From NCBI GenBank assembly GCA_943325205.2, contig CALPOM020000001.1:6010-70009 (forward strand): a DNA stretch of 64,000 bases. Reading direction: 5' to 3'. Below, in pieces: positions 51,214-61,118 of this stretch. Position numbers and translations under genes: made by a program. The DNA comes from Thermoflexus hugenholtzii JAD2. Its GTDB lineage: Bacteria; Pseudomonadota; Gammaproteobacteria; Burkholderiales; Burkholderiaceae. The notes under the pieces are model-generated. The model did no database searches. It was not told the origin of the DNA and was given only the letters and a program-made list of their open reading frames with translations. The stretch's first letter is position 1. Each line of letters starts with the position of its first letter.

Positions 51214-52158
51214 TTATTCGCTAGGATTTTTTAAAAAATCTTGTAAATAAAGCAAGTTTCGATCCGCACCTTCTTCTTGAGGAATATGACCAATATTAGG
51301 TAAAGCTTGTAATTGGACTTTGGGAATCAAGCGCATGTAATCATCCGCATTTTTAACGGGTATCAGCGCATCTTGCGCTCCCCACAACAATAGAGTTGGA
51401 GCCTCTATTTTTGATAAGAATGGCGCTGGATCTTGGAGGACTGTCTGCCTCAAACGCTCAATCATGGCTCGCCGATTTCCTGGTAAAAGCATGAGCTCGT
51501 AATAGCGCTCTAGTAAAGTCAGGCTTAAATTATTTTTATTGGCAAAGGCTGGTTCAAGATTTTTCTTTAAGACAAACAACGGCAAGCTCCATTGTAATAA
51601 CTCGGCGACAACCGGAACTTGTGGTGCCTGGTCATACTCAAAGCCATAACTCGCAAAACCGTCTGGCGATATTAATACGAGTTGATGGACCTTTTGCGGG
51701 TGGTTAGCCGCAAAATACCAAGCAATTCGCCCACCAATCGAATTACCAATCACGGTGGCCTTTGGCACCTCCAGGCGCTCCATGAGAGCCAAGATAATTG
51801 CATTGGAGCGGTTATCGCTATAGTCCGATCGTGGATCAGGACCCGTTAAACCAAATCCAGGTAAATCAAAACGGATTATCCGGTAATCTTTTTCTAGTTC
51901 AATCGCCCAGTCATCCCAAGTGTGCAGACTCGAGCCAAAGCCATGGATGAAGATTAACGCTGGGGCCCCATTTTTACCAGTATCTCGATAATGTATCTCC
52001 ATACCTTCGATGAAAATAGTTTCACTAGGCGCTTGACCATATTTTTTCTCTAACAGGTCTCGGTCTATATCTGGCGTCCATAACCAGAATCCAGACGCAA
52101 TAATGCCGCCCACGAGAGCTAAAAACATAAAACGCCAAGATAAAAGAAATTTAGTCAA
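51214..52158 (-). CDS. Membrane-anchored alpha/beta hydrolase
   Basis: N-terminal TM, HGFGSS, DLPGFG, GNSIGG, WGAQD, GHIPQEE. Confidence 0.85.
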   Translation of the reverse strand: MTKFLLSWRFMFLALVGGIIASGFWLWTPDIDRDLLEKKYGQAPSETIFIEGMEIHYRDTGKNGAPALIFIHGFGSSLHTWDDWAIELEKDYRIIRFDLPGFGLTGPDPRSDYSDNRSNAIILALMERLEVPKATVIGNSIGGRIAWYFAANHPQKVHQLVLISPDGFASYGFEYDQAPQVPVVAELLQWSLPLFVLKKNLEPAFANKNNLSLTLLERYYELMLLPGNRRAMIERLRQTVLQDPAPFLSKIEAPTLLLWGAQDALIPVKNADDYMRLIPKVQLQALPNIGHIPQEEGADRNLLYLQDFLKNPSE

Positions 52159-52290
52159 ATCGAATACGAATAGTAAGAGGGCTAACTAATTATGCCTTGA
52201 AAAAAATTATAATAGCCTCACGCTATAGGCTATATGATTCTTTGTATCTCCAAATAGATCGCAATATTTTTTCGACTAGGGAAATATTAG

Positions 52291-53268
52291 CTAGTCAAGT
52301 TGAATCCCCGCTTCACGAATTAACGCGGCCCATTCCATTTGCTGGGCTTTAATATATTTTGTTACCTGCTCTGGGTTGCCACTCATTACCGTACTACCAT
52401 CCTCAGCAAACTTGTGGATTAAATCTGGCTTGAGTAAAGCCTTGGTTGCAGCTTCATTGATTAACCGAACGGCTTCTATTGGCATACCTACAGGGCCAAC
52501 AAGCACCTTCCAATCAGTTGCCTCAAACCCCTTCAAGCCTGACTCAGCAATAGTTGGAACCTTCCCCAAGACACCAATTCGTTTACTTGAGCTAACCGCT
52601 AAAGCCCTTAATTTTCCTGCAGTAAGCATTCCAATGACGGCTTGTGGCGTTGCAAACATCCAATCTGTTTGACCACCAAGTAAATCAGTGATAGCGGGTG
52701 CTGCACCCTTGTAGGGAATATGTAAGAACTTAAGTCCCATTCTTTTAGCCAACATCTCACCCGCAAGGTGGCCGACTGTGCCAGTTCCAGCACTTGCCAT
52801 TTTTAAACGATTGGACTTTGCCAATTCAGCTGCCTTAAGAAGGTCATCTAAACTACGCCACGGCGAATCACCACGAACGACTAAAATCATCGGAACTTCA
52901 GCTACTAAAGCAATTGGTACAAAGTCTTTATCCGCATCAAACGGCATTTTATTTAATAGTGCGGGATTAATGGCTAAATTTGAAGTCTGACCCATCGCTA
53001 TCGAATAACCGTCAGGCTTAGCTTTTGCCACTAAATCAAGCCCAATATTACCTCCCGCACCCGGTTTATTGTCAATCACAAAAGACCATTTATATTCTTG
53101 GGTGATTTTATCGATTAATTGTCTAGAAACAGTATCTGTACCACCACCCGGTGTAAATGGAACAATCAATCGAATGGTCCGCTCTGGAAAATTTTGTCCA
53201 AATGAGAAAAAGGAAATAACTGCCAAAAGACTAACAATCATTTGGGTACAGAATTGTTTACAAATCAT
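52291..53268 (-). CDS. Bug/TctC substrate-binding protein
   Basis: VPFTPGGGTD, DNKPGAGG, PDGYS, HIPYKGAA. Confidence 0.92.
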   Translation of the reverse strand: MICKQFCTQMIVSLLAVISFFSFGQNFPERTIRLIVPFTPGGGTDTVSRQLIDKITQEYKWSFVIDNKPGAGGNIGLDLVAKAKPDGYSIAMGQTSNLAINPALLNKMPFDADKDFVPIALVAEVPMILVVRGDSPWRSLDDLLKAAELAKSNRLKMASAGTGTVGHLAGEMLAKRMGLKFLHIPYKGAAPAITDLLGGQTDWMFATPQAVIGMLTAGKLRALAVSSSKRIGVLGKVPTIAESGLKGFEATDWKVLVGPVGMPIEAVRLINEAATKALLKPDLIHKFAEDGSTVMSGNPEQVTKYIKAQQMEWAALIREAGIQLD

Positions 53269-54496
53269 TTTTATCCCCTTGTTTTTCTATCCGAATTGTT
53301 TGTTTAGCAAGCAGTTCTTGAATCTCCTCAAAACTATACCCGAGCTCTGCCAAAATAGTATTTGAATGCTCACCCGTTTTCGGAGGATTAAAACGAATCG
53401 GCAAACGCTTACCATCCATCGTAATTGGTAATAATGGTGTTGTTACCTCTTGCCCTGCTTTTGGTCCATCACTAATAACTATCTTAGCAAGACCGCCTGT
53501 GGCATTTAAATGCGGATCATCAAATAATTGTTCTGGCCGCGTGATCGCTGCATATGGCAGGCCGTGATCGGCAAATAACTGACTAATTCGTTGCGCACTG
53601 TAGGACTTCAGGCGAGCTTTGATTAAAGGTATGAGCGTTTCTCTTGACTGCACACGCTGATTATTCGTCGCGTAACTCGTGTTTTGGAATAAATCGGGCC
53701 AATTAAATATGTCACAAAATATTTTCCACTGCGTATCTGAGACAACTGCTAAAAAAATCTTCTCTGCTTGTGCAACTTCAAATACATCGTAGATGCCCCA
53801 TGCAGATATTCGACTAGGCATTGGTTTTGCAGGTTTTCCCGTGACGGCATATTGCATCATATGCTGACCTACTAGTAAAACATTGTTTTCAAATAAGGCG
53901 CTTTGAATTTCTTGTCCCTGTCCCGTAAGATCTCTTTGCCGAAGAGCTGCCATGGCACCCATTGCACCAAATATTCCTCCCATCATGTCATTTACCGAAG
54001 CACCGGCCCGCAACGGCTTTTCTTCAGTCCCAGTCATGTAAGCTAACCCACCCATCATTTGAACCACTTCATCTAATGCCGTGCGATGGTCGTAAGGGCC
54101 TGGCAAAAAGCCCTTATGGCTAACGTAAATTAAACGCGGGAATTGGACTTTTAAAGAATCGTAGTCAAGTTGTAATTTTTTCATCGTACCTGGCTTAAAG
54201 TTCTCGCAAAGAATATCCGCTGTGGCAATTAACTCTTGTACGATTTTTCTACCTTCAGGTGTATGGATATTTACAGCCATGCTTTTCTTATTGCGATTAA
54301 ACATCGAAAAAAATCCTGCCCCAGATCCTAATAAGCCTCTTGTTTTATCACCATCCATTGGCTCAATTTTGATGACCTCCGCTCCTAGGTCACCAAGTAC
54401 CATGCCACAAGTTGGCCCCATCACCATATGCGTGAACTCAATAACCCGAATACCAGCATAAGGCAATGACTTTACCTGCGTTTGATCTGTTGACAT
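53258..54496 (-). CDS. Class III (CaiB/BaiF) CoA-transferase
   Basis: EFTHMVMGP, GAEVIKIE, NRNKKS, ENFKPG, DEVVQMMGG. Confidence 0.9.
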   Translation of the reverse strand: MSTDQTQVKSLPYAGIRVIEFTHMVMGPTCGMVLGDLGAEVIKIEPMDGDKTRGLLGSGAGFFSMFNRNKKSMAVNIHTPEGRKIVQELIATADILCENFKPGTMKKLQLDYDSLKVQFPRLIYVSHKGFLPGPYDHRTALDEVVQMMGGLAYMTGTEEKPLRAGASVNDMMGGIFGAMGAMAALRQRDLTGQGQEIQSALFENNVLLVGQHMMQYAVTGKPAKPMPSRISAWGIYDVFEVAQAEKIFLAVVSDTQWKIFCDIFNWPDLFQNTSYATNNQRVQSRETLIPLIKARLKSYSAQRISQLFADHGLPYAAITRPEQLFDDPHLNATGGLAKIVISDGPKAGQEVTTPLLPITMDGKRLPIRFNPPKTGEHSNTILAELGYSFEEIQELLAKQTIRIEKQGDKNDL

Positions 54497-54501
54497 AAGT
54501 G

Positions 54502-54527
54502 TTCTATCTGATAGAATTTAATTCTAT
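54502..54527. promoter_or_regulatory. Overlapping inverted repeats, probable IclR operator
   Basis: TTCTATC-t-GATAGAA and ATAGAAT-tta-ATTCTAT in the 61-bp divergent gap. Confidence 0.5.
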
Positions 54528-54557
54528 TATTAAAACACAGGTTGACCCTGTCAGTAA

Positions 54558-55274
54558 ATGCCAAAACCTTCATTAAAAGCACATTCAGTCATCGTGCCCT
54601 TTTCTTACTCTGGGGTAGCCGCAGTCGATAAAGCCTTAGGAATTCTGCGCTTGTTTAGCCCACAACAGCCAGCCTTATCACTAGCCAAGATTGCCGAGCT
54701 TACAGGGCTATATAAAAGTACCATCTTGCGCCTTCTCGAATCCTTAGAATATGCACAATTACTCTTTAAAAAACCGGATGGGCAGTATATTCTCGGTCCC
54801 AGTATCGTCCGTCTTTACCAAAGCTATCAAGCCAGCAACACCTTTGAATTCATTGCTCTTGCAGCCTTACGCGAACTTACCGAAATTACCCAAGAAAGCT
54901 CGGCTATCCATATTCGGCAGGGCGAGCATCGACTTTGTCTTTTACGTGTAAATTCATCACAAGCCCTTCAGGACCAAATCAAAGTGGGGGATTTACTTCC
55001 TATGCATCAGGGCGCTGGAGGCAAAGTCATCCAAGCGTTTGAAGGGAGAAAAGGTAAACTGTTTGACCAAATCAGAAAAGCCGGTGTGCTTGCATTACCA
55101 AGTGATCGTATTCAAGAAATTTCAGGGATTTCGGCTCCTGTATTTAACGATTCAGGACTTCTAGGAGCATTGACCCTGACAATGCCAACCTATCGATATC
55201 ATTTAAAGCATACCCAAATCGTTAAAGAGACAGCAGAAAAGGTGTCTAAATTACTCAGCAGCCAACCAACGTAA
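54558..55274 (+). CDS. IclR-family transcriptional regulator
   Basis: AVDKALGIL, LYKSTILRLL HTH, ISGISAPVF effector domain. Confidence 0.9.
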   Translation: MPKPSLKAHSVIVPFSYSGVAAVDKALGILRLFSPQQPALSLAKIAELTGLYKSTILRLLESLEYAQLLFKKPDGQYILGPSIVRLYQSYQASNTFEFIALAALRELTEITQESSAIHIRQGEHRLCLLRVNSSQALQDQIKVGDLLPMHQGAGGKVIQAFEGRKGKLFDQIRKAGVLALPSDRIQEISGISAPVFNDSGLLGALTLTMPTYRYHLKHTQIVKETAEKVSKLLSSQPT

Positions 55275-55369
55275 AAAAGGTTTCAAGCAACTAACTAAAA
55301 GGACTCACCTAAAGTGGAACAAAGTCCTACGCAGCGCACTATGTCAGCGCATACTTGCGTCAAGACTAC

Positions 55370-55454
55370 TGGTGCCGAAGCCCGGACTCGAACCGGGACA
55401 CCTTGCGGCGGGAGATTTTGAGTCTCCTGTGTCTACCAATTTCACCACTTCGGC
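55370..55454 (-). tRNA. tRNA-Leu(CAA), 85 nt with encoded CCA
   Basis: GCCGAAGTGGTGAAATTGGTAGACACAGGAGACTCAAAATCTCCCGCCGCAAGGTGTCCCGGTTCGAGTCCGGGCTTCGGCACCA: cloverleaf, long variable arm, anticodon CAA. Confidence 0.97.
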
Positions 55455-55535
55455 CAGTACATGATTATGCCATGGAATGCTACCCAACCAAACCTCTATG
55501 CCTTGGCTATAAATTTGTAGCCAAGGCTAACTGGC

Positions 55536-56522
55536 TTACGGTATCAAAATTGTCGAACCAGTGGTTTTTCTATCCTCCATATCCCGATGCGCCTGGATGG
55601 CTTGAGCCAACGGGTAGCGTTGATTAATTTCAATCTTTACCTGCCCTGAAATCACCCGTTGAAATAAATCAGCCGCCATCGGCTCTAATAATGCTCGGTT
55701 CAACACATACGTAGTTAGGGTAGGTCTAGTAACCTTTAAAGACCCCTTACCGGCAAGAATAGATACATCTAATGGAGGTACAGGGCCAGATGCATTGCCA
55801 AATGTCACCATCAATCCTCTAGGCGATAAACAGTCCAACGATTTCATAAACGTGTCTTTGCCTATCGAGTCATAAACGACGGGGACACCCTTACCGCCAG
55901 TAATTTCGCGAACCCTTGCAACAAAATCTTCTTCTCGGTACAAAATGGTATGGTCGCAACCATGCGCTTTGGCCAGTTGCGCCTTTTCGGGGCTACCAAC
56001 AGTACCAATCACCGTCGCACCAAGTGCCTTAAGCCATTGACAAGCGATTGTTCCAACACCTCCCGCAGCTGCATGTAATAAAACCGTGTCTCCCTTTTGA
56101 ACTGCATAGGTGTCATTAATTAAATACTGCACTGTCAAGCCCTGTAACATCATTGCAGCACCCTGCTCAAAACTCAAGGCATCAGGCAGTTTTAAAACAA
56201 TATCCGCTGGCATAATCCGAGCTTGCGCATAAGACCCTGACGGCCTACCGGCATAAGCGACACGATCGCCAACTTTGAGATGAGTCACCCCAGCACCAAC
56301 TTTTTCAACAACGCCGGCACCCTCCTGACCCACTCCAATCGGCAAAGTTTGAGGATATAAACCCACTCGAAAGTAAATATCTAAATAATTGACCCCAATT
56401 GCATGATGTTTAACTAATATTTCTCCAGGGCCCGGATCACCCAACTCGACATCAACCAACTCCATGACCTCAGGGCCGCCTACCTTGCTCATACGAATCG
56501 CTTTTACAATCATTCCTGCCAT
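55536..56522 (-). CDS. qor: NADPH:quinone oxidoreductase (zeta-crystallin-like MDR)
   Basis: GVNYLDIY, GDRVAY, HAAAGGVG, VYDSIG, TTGSTIL. Confidence 0.88.
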   Translation of the reverse strand: MAGMIVKAIRMSKVGGPEVMELVDVELGDPGPGEILVKHHAIGVNYLDIYFRVGLYPQTLPIGVGQEGAGVVEKVGAGVTHLKVGDRVAYAGRPSGSYAQARIMPADIVLKLPDALSFEQGAAMMLQGLTVQYLINDTYAVQKGDTVLLHAAAGGVGTIACQWLKALGATVIGTVGSPEKAQLAKAHGCDHTILYREEDFVARVREITGGKGVPVVYDSIGKDTFMKSLDCLSPRGLMVTFGNASGPVPPLDVSILAGKGSLKVTRPTLTTYVLNRALLEPMAADLFQRVISGQVKIEINQRYPLAQAIQAHRDMEDRKTTGSTILIP

Positions 56523-56613
56523 AAAAATCTCCTTTTGTGGGGGTGCTCTTTGAAATTGCCTAAAATTGACATATTACACTTATAGTAATCTGTTATTTGA
56601 AAGGAAGTATATT

Positions 56614-57339
56614 ATGGCCGGTCATTCTAAATGGGCCAATATCCAGCACCGCAAGGGACGCCAAGATGAAAAAAGAGGCAAAGTTTGGACTAAATTAATC
56701 CGAGAAATTACGGTTGCCGCCAAAATGGGGGGGGCTGACTTGCATAACAACCCACGCCTTCGCCTAGCAATTGATAAGGCCAAAGATGCGAATATGCCCA
56801 ACGACAACGTGCAACGCGCTATTTTGAAAGGTACGGGTGCTCTTGAAGGTGTCAGTTATGAGGAAATACGTTATGAAGCCTATGGGCCCCATGGCGTAGC
56901 ACTCATCATTGACTCTCTCACTGATAATAAAACCCGCACCGTGGCTGAAGTAAGGCACGCACTTTCTAAAAATGGTGGCAACCTTGGCACCGATGGTTGT
57001 GTTTCATACCTTTTCAAACATTGTGGCGTCCTCATGTTCTCTCCTACCGTCCCTGAAAATGAACTTCTAGAGGCTGCACTTGAGGCAGGTGCAGAAGATG
57101 TCCTCATGCATGACGATTTATCCAAAGAAGTTTTGACTAGCGCAGTTGATTTTTCTCCTATTCGAGATAAACTCACCAAACTAGGATATTTACCGGAATT
57201 TGCTGAAGTGACTATGCGCGCTGAAAATGAGATTGAACTTCGGGGTGAACAGAGCACAAGCATGCAAAAATTACTAGACGCTTTAGAAAATCTAGACGAT
57301 ATACAAAGCGTATATTCCAATGCAAGCCTAAATGAATGA
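56614..57339 (+). CDS. yebC: YebC/PmpR family protein
   Basis: [38 protein letters not shown]. Confidence 0.95.
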   Translation: MAGHSKWANIQHRKGRQDEKRGKVWTKLIREITVAAKMGGADLHNNPRLRLAIDKAKDANMPNDNVQRAILKGTGALEGVSYEEIRYEAYGPHGVALIIDSLTDNKTRTVAEVRHALSKNGGNLGTDGCVSYLFKHCGVLMFSPTVPENELLEAALEAGAEDVLMHDDLSKEVLTSAVDFSPIRDKLTKLGYLPEFAEVTMRAENEIELRGEQSTSMQKLLDALENLDDIQSVYSNASLNE

Positions 57340-57346
57340 GGGAATT

Positions 57347-58627
57347 TTGAAAATATTAGTAATCGGGTCGGGTGGCAGAGAACATGCCCTTGCATGGAAA
57401 ATATCCAAATCCAATAAAGTAAAAACTGTCTTTCTTGCTCCTGGTAATGGCGGTACTGCCAACTCGGAGAAGAATTTCCACAGTATTGTTAATACCCCTA
57501 TTCATGATATCCATGAGTTAGCTGATTTCGCGCAAAAAGAACAAATCGATCTAACCGTTGTGGGACCAGAAAAACATCTATCGGAAGGCGTCGTAGATGT
57601 TTTTCGTGCGCGAGGACTAAAGATTTTTGGTCCAACCCAAAAAGCGGCGCAACTGGAGTCTTCAAAAGACTTCGCTAAAGCCTTTATGCAAAGAAATGGT
57701 ATCCCTACAGCTACTTATGCTACTTTTACCGATGTTCAATTAGCACATGCCTATATCGACCAGCAAGGAGCCCCCATCGTTATTAAAGCCGATGGCCTAG
57801 CAGCTGGCAAAGGGGTTGTCGTAGCGATGACCCTCACAGAAGCGCATGCGGCAGTCGACATGATGCTTGCCGACAACCAAATGGGGCAAGCCGGTGCACG
57901 AGTCGTAATCGAAGAATTTCTAACCGGTGAGGAAGCTAGTTTTATTGTCATGGTCGACGGGCAGAATATTCTCCCACTAGCCACTAGCCAAGACCATAAA
58001 CGCTTACTAGATCATGACCTTGGACCGAATACTGGAGGTATGGGTGCCTACTCTCCCGCACCGATAGTTACCCCTGAAATGCATGCAAAGGTACTGCGCG
58101 AAATCATCAAACCAACCATTGCTGGCATGGCTAAAGATGGCATTACTTACACCGGATTTTTATATGCCGGACTGATGATACATCCAAACGGAACAGTCAA
58201 AACTCTAGAATTTAATTGTCGAATGGGCGACCCAGAAACACAACCGATTATGGCTCGTCTTAAAAGTGACTTTGTTGACCTTTTACAACATGCTATTGAC
58301 GGCACCCTCGATCAAATTGAAGCAGAGTGGGATCCGCGGGCAGCCCTGGGCGTTGTTCTAGCTGCCGCTGATTACCCTAGCACCCCACGAACCGGAGATG
58401 TAATCACTGGAATACCTCTAGAGGACGACCATCAAGTTGTTTTTCACGCCGCCAGTGCCTATAAAGATGGTAACCTAGTAACAAGCGGTGGCAGAGTATT
58501 ATGTGTGGTTGGACTAGATAGGAATATTAAGGGAGCGCAAACTCGAGCATATGATGCGGTGCAGTTAATCCATTTTGATGGCATGCAGTATCGACAAGAT
58601 ATTGGCCATCATGCTTTAAAAAAATAA
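57347..58627 (+). CDS. purD: Phosphoribosylamine--glycine ligase
   Basis: LVIGSGGREHAL, KADGLAAGKGV, QDHKR, NTGGMGAY, EFNCRMGDPE; TTG start after GAGGGA. Confidence 0.96.
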   Translation: MKILVIGSGGREHALAWKISKSNKVKTVFLAPGNGGTANSEKNFHSIVNTPIHDIHELADFAQKEQIDLTVVGPEKHLSEGVVDVFRARGLKIFGPTQKAAQLESSKDFAKAFMQRNGIPTATYATFTDVQLAHAYIDQQGAPIVIKADGLAAGKGVVVAMTLTEAHAAVDMMLADNQMGQAGARVVIEEFLTGEEASFIVMVDGQNILPLATSQDHKRLLDHDLGPNTGGMGAYSPAPIVTPEMHAKVLREIIKPTIAGMAKDGITYTGFLYAGLMIHPNGTVKTLEFNCRMGDPETQPIMARLKSDFVDLLQHAIDGTLDQIEAEWDPRAALGVVLAAADYPSTPRTGDVITGIPLEDDHQVVFHAASAYKDGNLVTSGGRVLCVVGLDRNIKGAQTRAYDAVQLIHFDGMQYRQDIGHHALKK

Positions 58628-58630
58628 TTT

Positions 58631-59548
58631 ATGGCAATACAAATTAGCATATTAAAAGGATTCTTCTGGGATCTGCAAGACCACATTACTCAAACAGTAG
58701 CGCAGTTTGATGGTAAGTCCTTCTTAAATGATGAATGGGCTAAGCCAAAAGATAGCCCCCTACAAGGCTACGGTCGCTCGATGATTTTAGAAAATGGTCA
58801 TTTCTTAGAGCGTGGTGGGGTGGCCTTTTCTCATGTAAGTGGTAACAAATTACCGCCATCAGCAACAGCACAACGCCCTGAAATCGCAGGGGGTAGTTTT
58901 GAAGCGATGGGCGTTTCCCTCGTCTTTCATCCACGCAACCCCAAAGTTCCAACAGTCCATATGAACGTACGCTGTATCGTGGCAATGAAGGATGGTGTTG
59001 AACCTGTCTGGTGGTTTGGTGGGGGTATGGATCTCACACCCTTCTACGGTGATCAAGCTGATTGTATCCATTTTCATCAAACATGCAAACAAACGCTAGA
59101 TGCTTTTAATCCAGACTTTTATCCAATTTTTAAGAAAAATTGCGATGAATATTTTTATTTACCCCATCGTCAAGAACCTAGAGGTATCGGTGGTATCTTT
59201 TTTGATGACTTTAATGAACTCGGTTTTGACAAAAGCTTTGCAATGACGCAAGCGGTTGGAAAATCCCTATTGGATGCCTACATGCCAATCGCCCAAAAAC
59301 ACTATCAGGACCCCTACACGCCTGAAGAAAAAGAATTTCAAGAATACCGTCGTGGTCGCTACGCAGAATTTAATCTGGTCTATGATCGTGGTACACACTT
59401 TGGCTTACAATCCGGTGGGCGTGCTGAATCAATCCTCATGTCTATGCCTCCCTTAGCTCGCTGGCAATACCAACGCACCCCAGAACCTGCAAGTCCCGAA
59501 CACCTTCTTACATCCTTTTTCTTGCAACCAAGAGATTGGCTCGCATGA
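58631..59548 (+). CDS. hemF: Oxygen-dependent coproporphyrinogen III oxidase
   Basis: HPRNPKVPTVHMN, WFGGGMDLTP, RGIGGIFFD, RRGRYAEFNL. Confidence 0.96.
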   Translation: MAIQISILKGFFWDLQDHITQTVAQFDGKSFLNDEWAKPKDSPLQGYGRSMILENGHFLERGGVAFSHVSGNKLPPSATAQRPEIAGGSFEAMGVSLVFHPRNPKVPTVHMNVRCIVAMKDGVEPVWWFGGGMDLTPFYGDQADCIHFHQTCKQTLDAFNPDFYPIFKKNCDEYFYLPHRQEPRGIGGIFFDDFNELGFDKSFAMTQAVGKSLLDAYMPIAQKHYQDPYTPEEKEFQEYRRGRYAEFNLVYDRGTHFGLQSGGRAESILMSMPPLARWQYQRTPEPASPEHLLTSFFLQPRDWLA

Positions 59549-60273
59549 TCGGAATATTGGGAGGTACCTTTGATCCACCCCATTGGGGACACGTTCAGTT
59601 AGCTAAAAATTTTATTGAAATCCTGGAGCTTGAGGAACTTATTTGGCTACCCGCAGGCCAGCCTTGGCAAAAAAGTACGCACATAACGCCTGCATCCATC
59701 CGTTATGATTTAACTAAAGCAGCGGCCCAAGACTTACAGAATGAAATTGACCATATGAAATCACCTGTCAAAATTCAAGTAAGTCGCATCGAGTTGGATC
59801 GACAAGGGCCTAGCTATACCATCGATACGGCTCGTGAGCTACGGAGCATGTATGGTCCGAATAAATCTCTCGTCTGGCTCATGGGCGCTGATACCTATCA
59901 AAATCTGCCATCTTGGAATGATTGGCAAAACTTACCAGAATATCTCCATTTGGCAGTAGCAAGCAGAAGGGTCTCCCCGCGCGCAGAGCAAGCCACTATT
60001 CCGGCTCATTATCCCCAAACAATCCAAGAAATTATCCGTATTTTTGATAGCCGAATTACCCAAGCCGCTCATGATTTAAAAATGTCCCCCTCTGGAAAAA
60101 TCTTTTTCGATGAGTTGTTTCATGTGGATCTGTCCTCCACAGAACTGCGAGAAATGCTGCATGACGCTCTCTTAACTTCGAAATTAAAGCAGGCAATATC
60201 TCCAAAAGTGCTTGAATTAATATATTCTTTGGGTATCTATCAAGCAAATCCCCCCAACGAAAGCACAAATTAA
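59545..60273 (+). CDS. nadD: Nicotinate-nucleotide adenylyltransferase
   Basis: GGTFDPPHWGH, SYTIDT, LMGAD, SSTELR. Confidence 0.92.
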   Translation: MIGILGGTFDPPHWGHVQLAKNFIEILELEELIWLPAGQPWQKSTHITPASIRYDLTKAAAQDLQNEIDHMKSPVKIQVSRIELDRQGPSYTIDTARELRSMYGPNKSLVWLMGADTYQNLPSWNDWQNLPEYLHLAVASRRVSPRAEQATIPAHYPQTIQEIIRIFDSRITQAAHDLKMSPSGKIFFDELFHVDLSSTELREMLHDALLTSKLKQAISPKVLELIYSLGIYQANPPNESTN

Positions 60274-60276
60274 AGT

Positions 60277-60675
60277 ATGGACTTAAGAAAATTACAACGC
60301 ACGATTGTTGATGCACTCGAAGATGTAAAAGCGCATGATATCCGCGTCTTCGACACGACAAAACTCAGCGATTTATTTGACCGAGTCATTATCACTACGG
60401 GTACTAGTAATCGCCAAACGCGCGCTCTGGCTTTTTCAGTTAGTACTAGCGTTAAAGAAAAAGGTGGTGAAATCATCTCGATCGAGGGTCTTGATACCGG
60501 TGAGTGGGTTCTGGTTGATTGTGGCGATATCGTGGTACACATCCTGCAACCAGCGATTCGAGCCTATTACCAATTAGAAGGTATGTGGGGCAGTAAACCT
60601 GTACGCGTTAAACTCAACACCCAATCCGGTCCGACTAGTGGTCCAATGACATTTAGTGACGACCAAGAAGACTAA
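60277..60675 (+). CDS. rsfS: Ribosome silencing factor
   Basis: DVKAHDI, SNRQTRAL, WVLVDCGDIVVH, YYQLE.MW. Confidence 0.95.
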   Translation: MDLRKLQRTIVDALEDVKAHDIRVFDTTKLSDLFDRVIITTGTSNRQTRALAFSVSTSVKEKGGEIISIEGLDTGEWVLVDCGDIVVHILQPAIRAYYQLEGMWGSKPVRVKLNTQSGPTSGPMTFSDDQED

Positions 60676-61118
60676 TGAAGCTGTTGGTAATTGCCGTCGG
60701 GCATAAAATGCCGCAATGGGTTCAAATCGCTTGTGAAGACTATCTCAAAAGAATGCCCAGAGAATACACCCTAGAAGTCAAAGAACTTAAACCAGATATC
60801 ACCCCTTCTAAAGAAGCATTAAAAATACGCCAAGTGATTGCAAAGGGTGATCATGTGATTGCCATGGATGAGCATGGCATGGATATAACTACCCTACACA
60901 TGTCAAAAACAATGGCTAATTGGCGCTTACTAGGGAAAAACATCGCTCTCATCATCGGTGGTGCAAATGGCCTTGACCAATCAATCTTGCAGATGGCAAA
61001 CGAAATCTGGCGACTATCAAGCCTCACCCTGCCGCATGCCATGGCTAGATTATTATTGATCGAACAACTTTACCGTTCCTATACAATTCTCGAAAATCAC
61101 CCGTATCACCGTGAGTAA
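60675..61118 (+). CDS. rlmH: 23S rRNA m3-psi1915 methyltransferase
   Basis: AVGHKMP.W, IIGGANG, LTLPH, EQLYR, HPYHRE. Confidence 0.95.
   Translation: MKLLVIAVGHKMPQWVQIACEDYLKRMPREYTLEVKELKPDITPSKEALKIRQVIAKGDHVIAMDEHGMDITTLHMSKTMANWRLLGKNIALIIGGANGLDQSILQMANEIWRLSSLTLPHAMARLLLIEQLYRSYTILENHPYHRE

Noticed and set aside
55275-55454. Prophage or integrative element at tRNA-Leu
   Set aside because: No integrase, phage genes or duplicated tRNA 3' end seen in the window.
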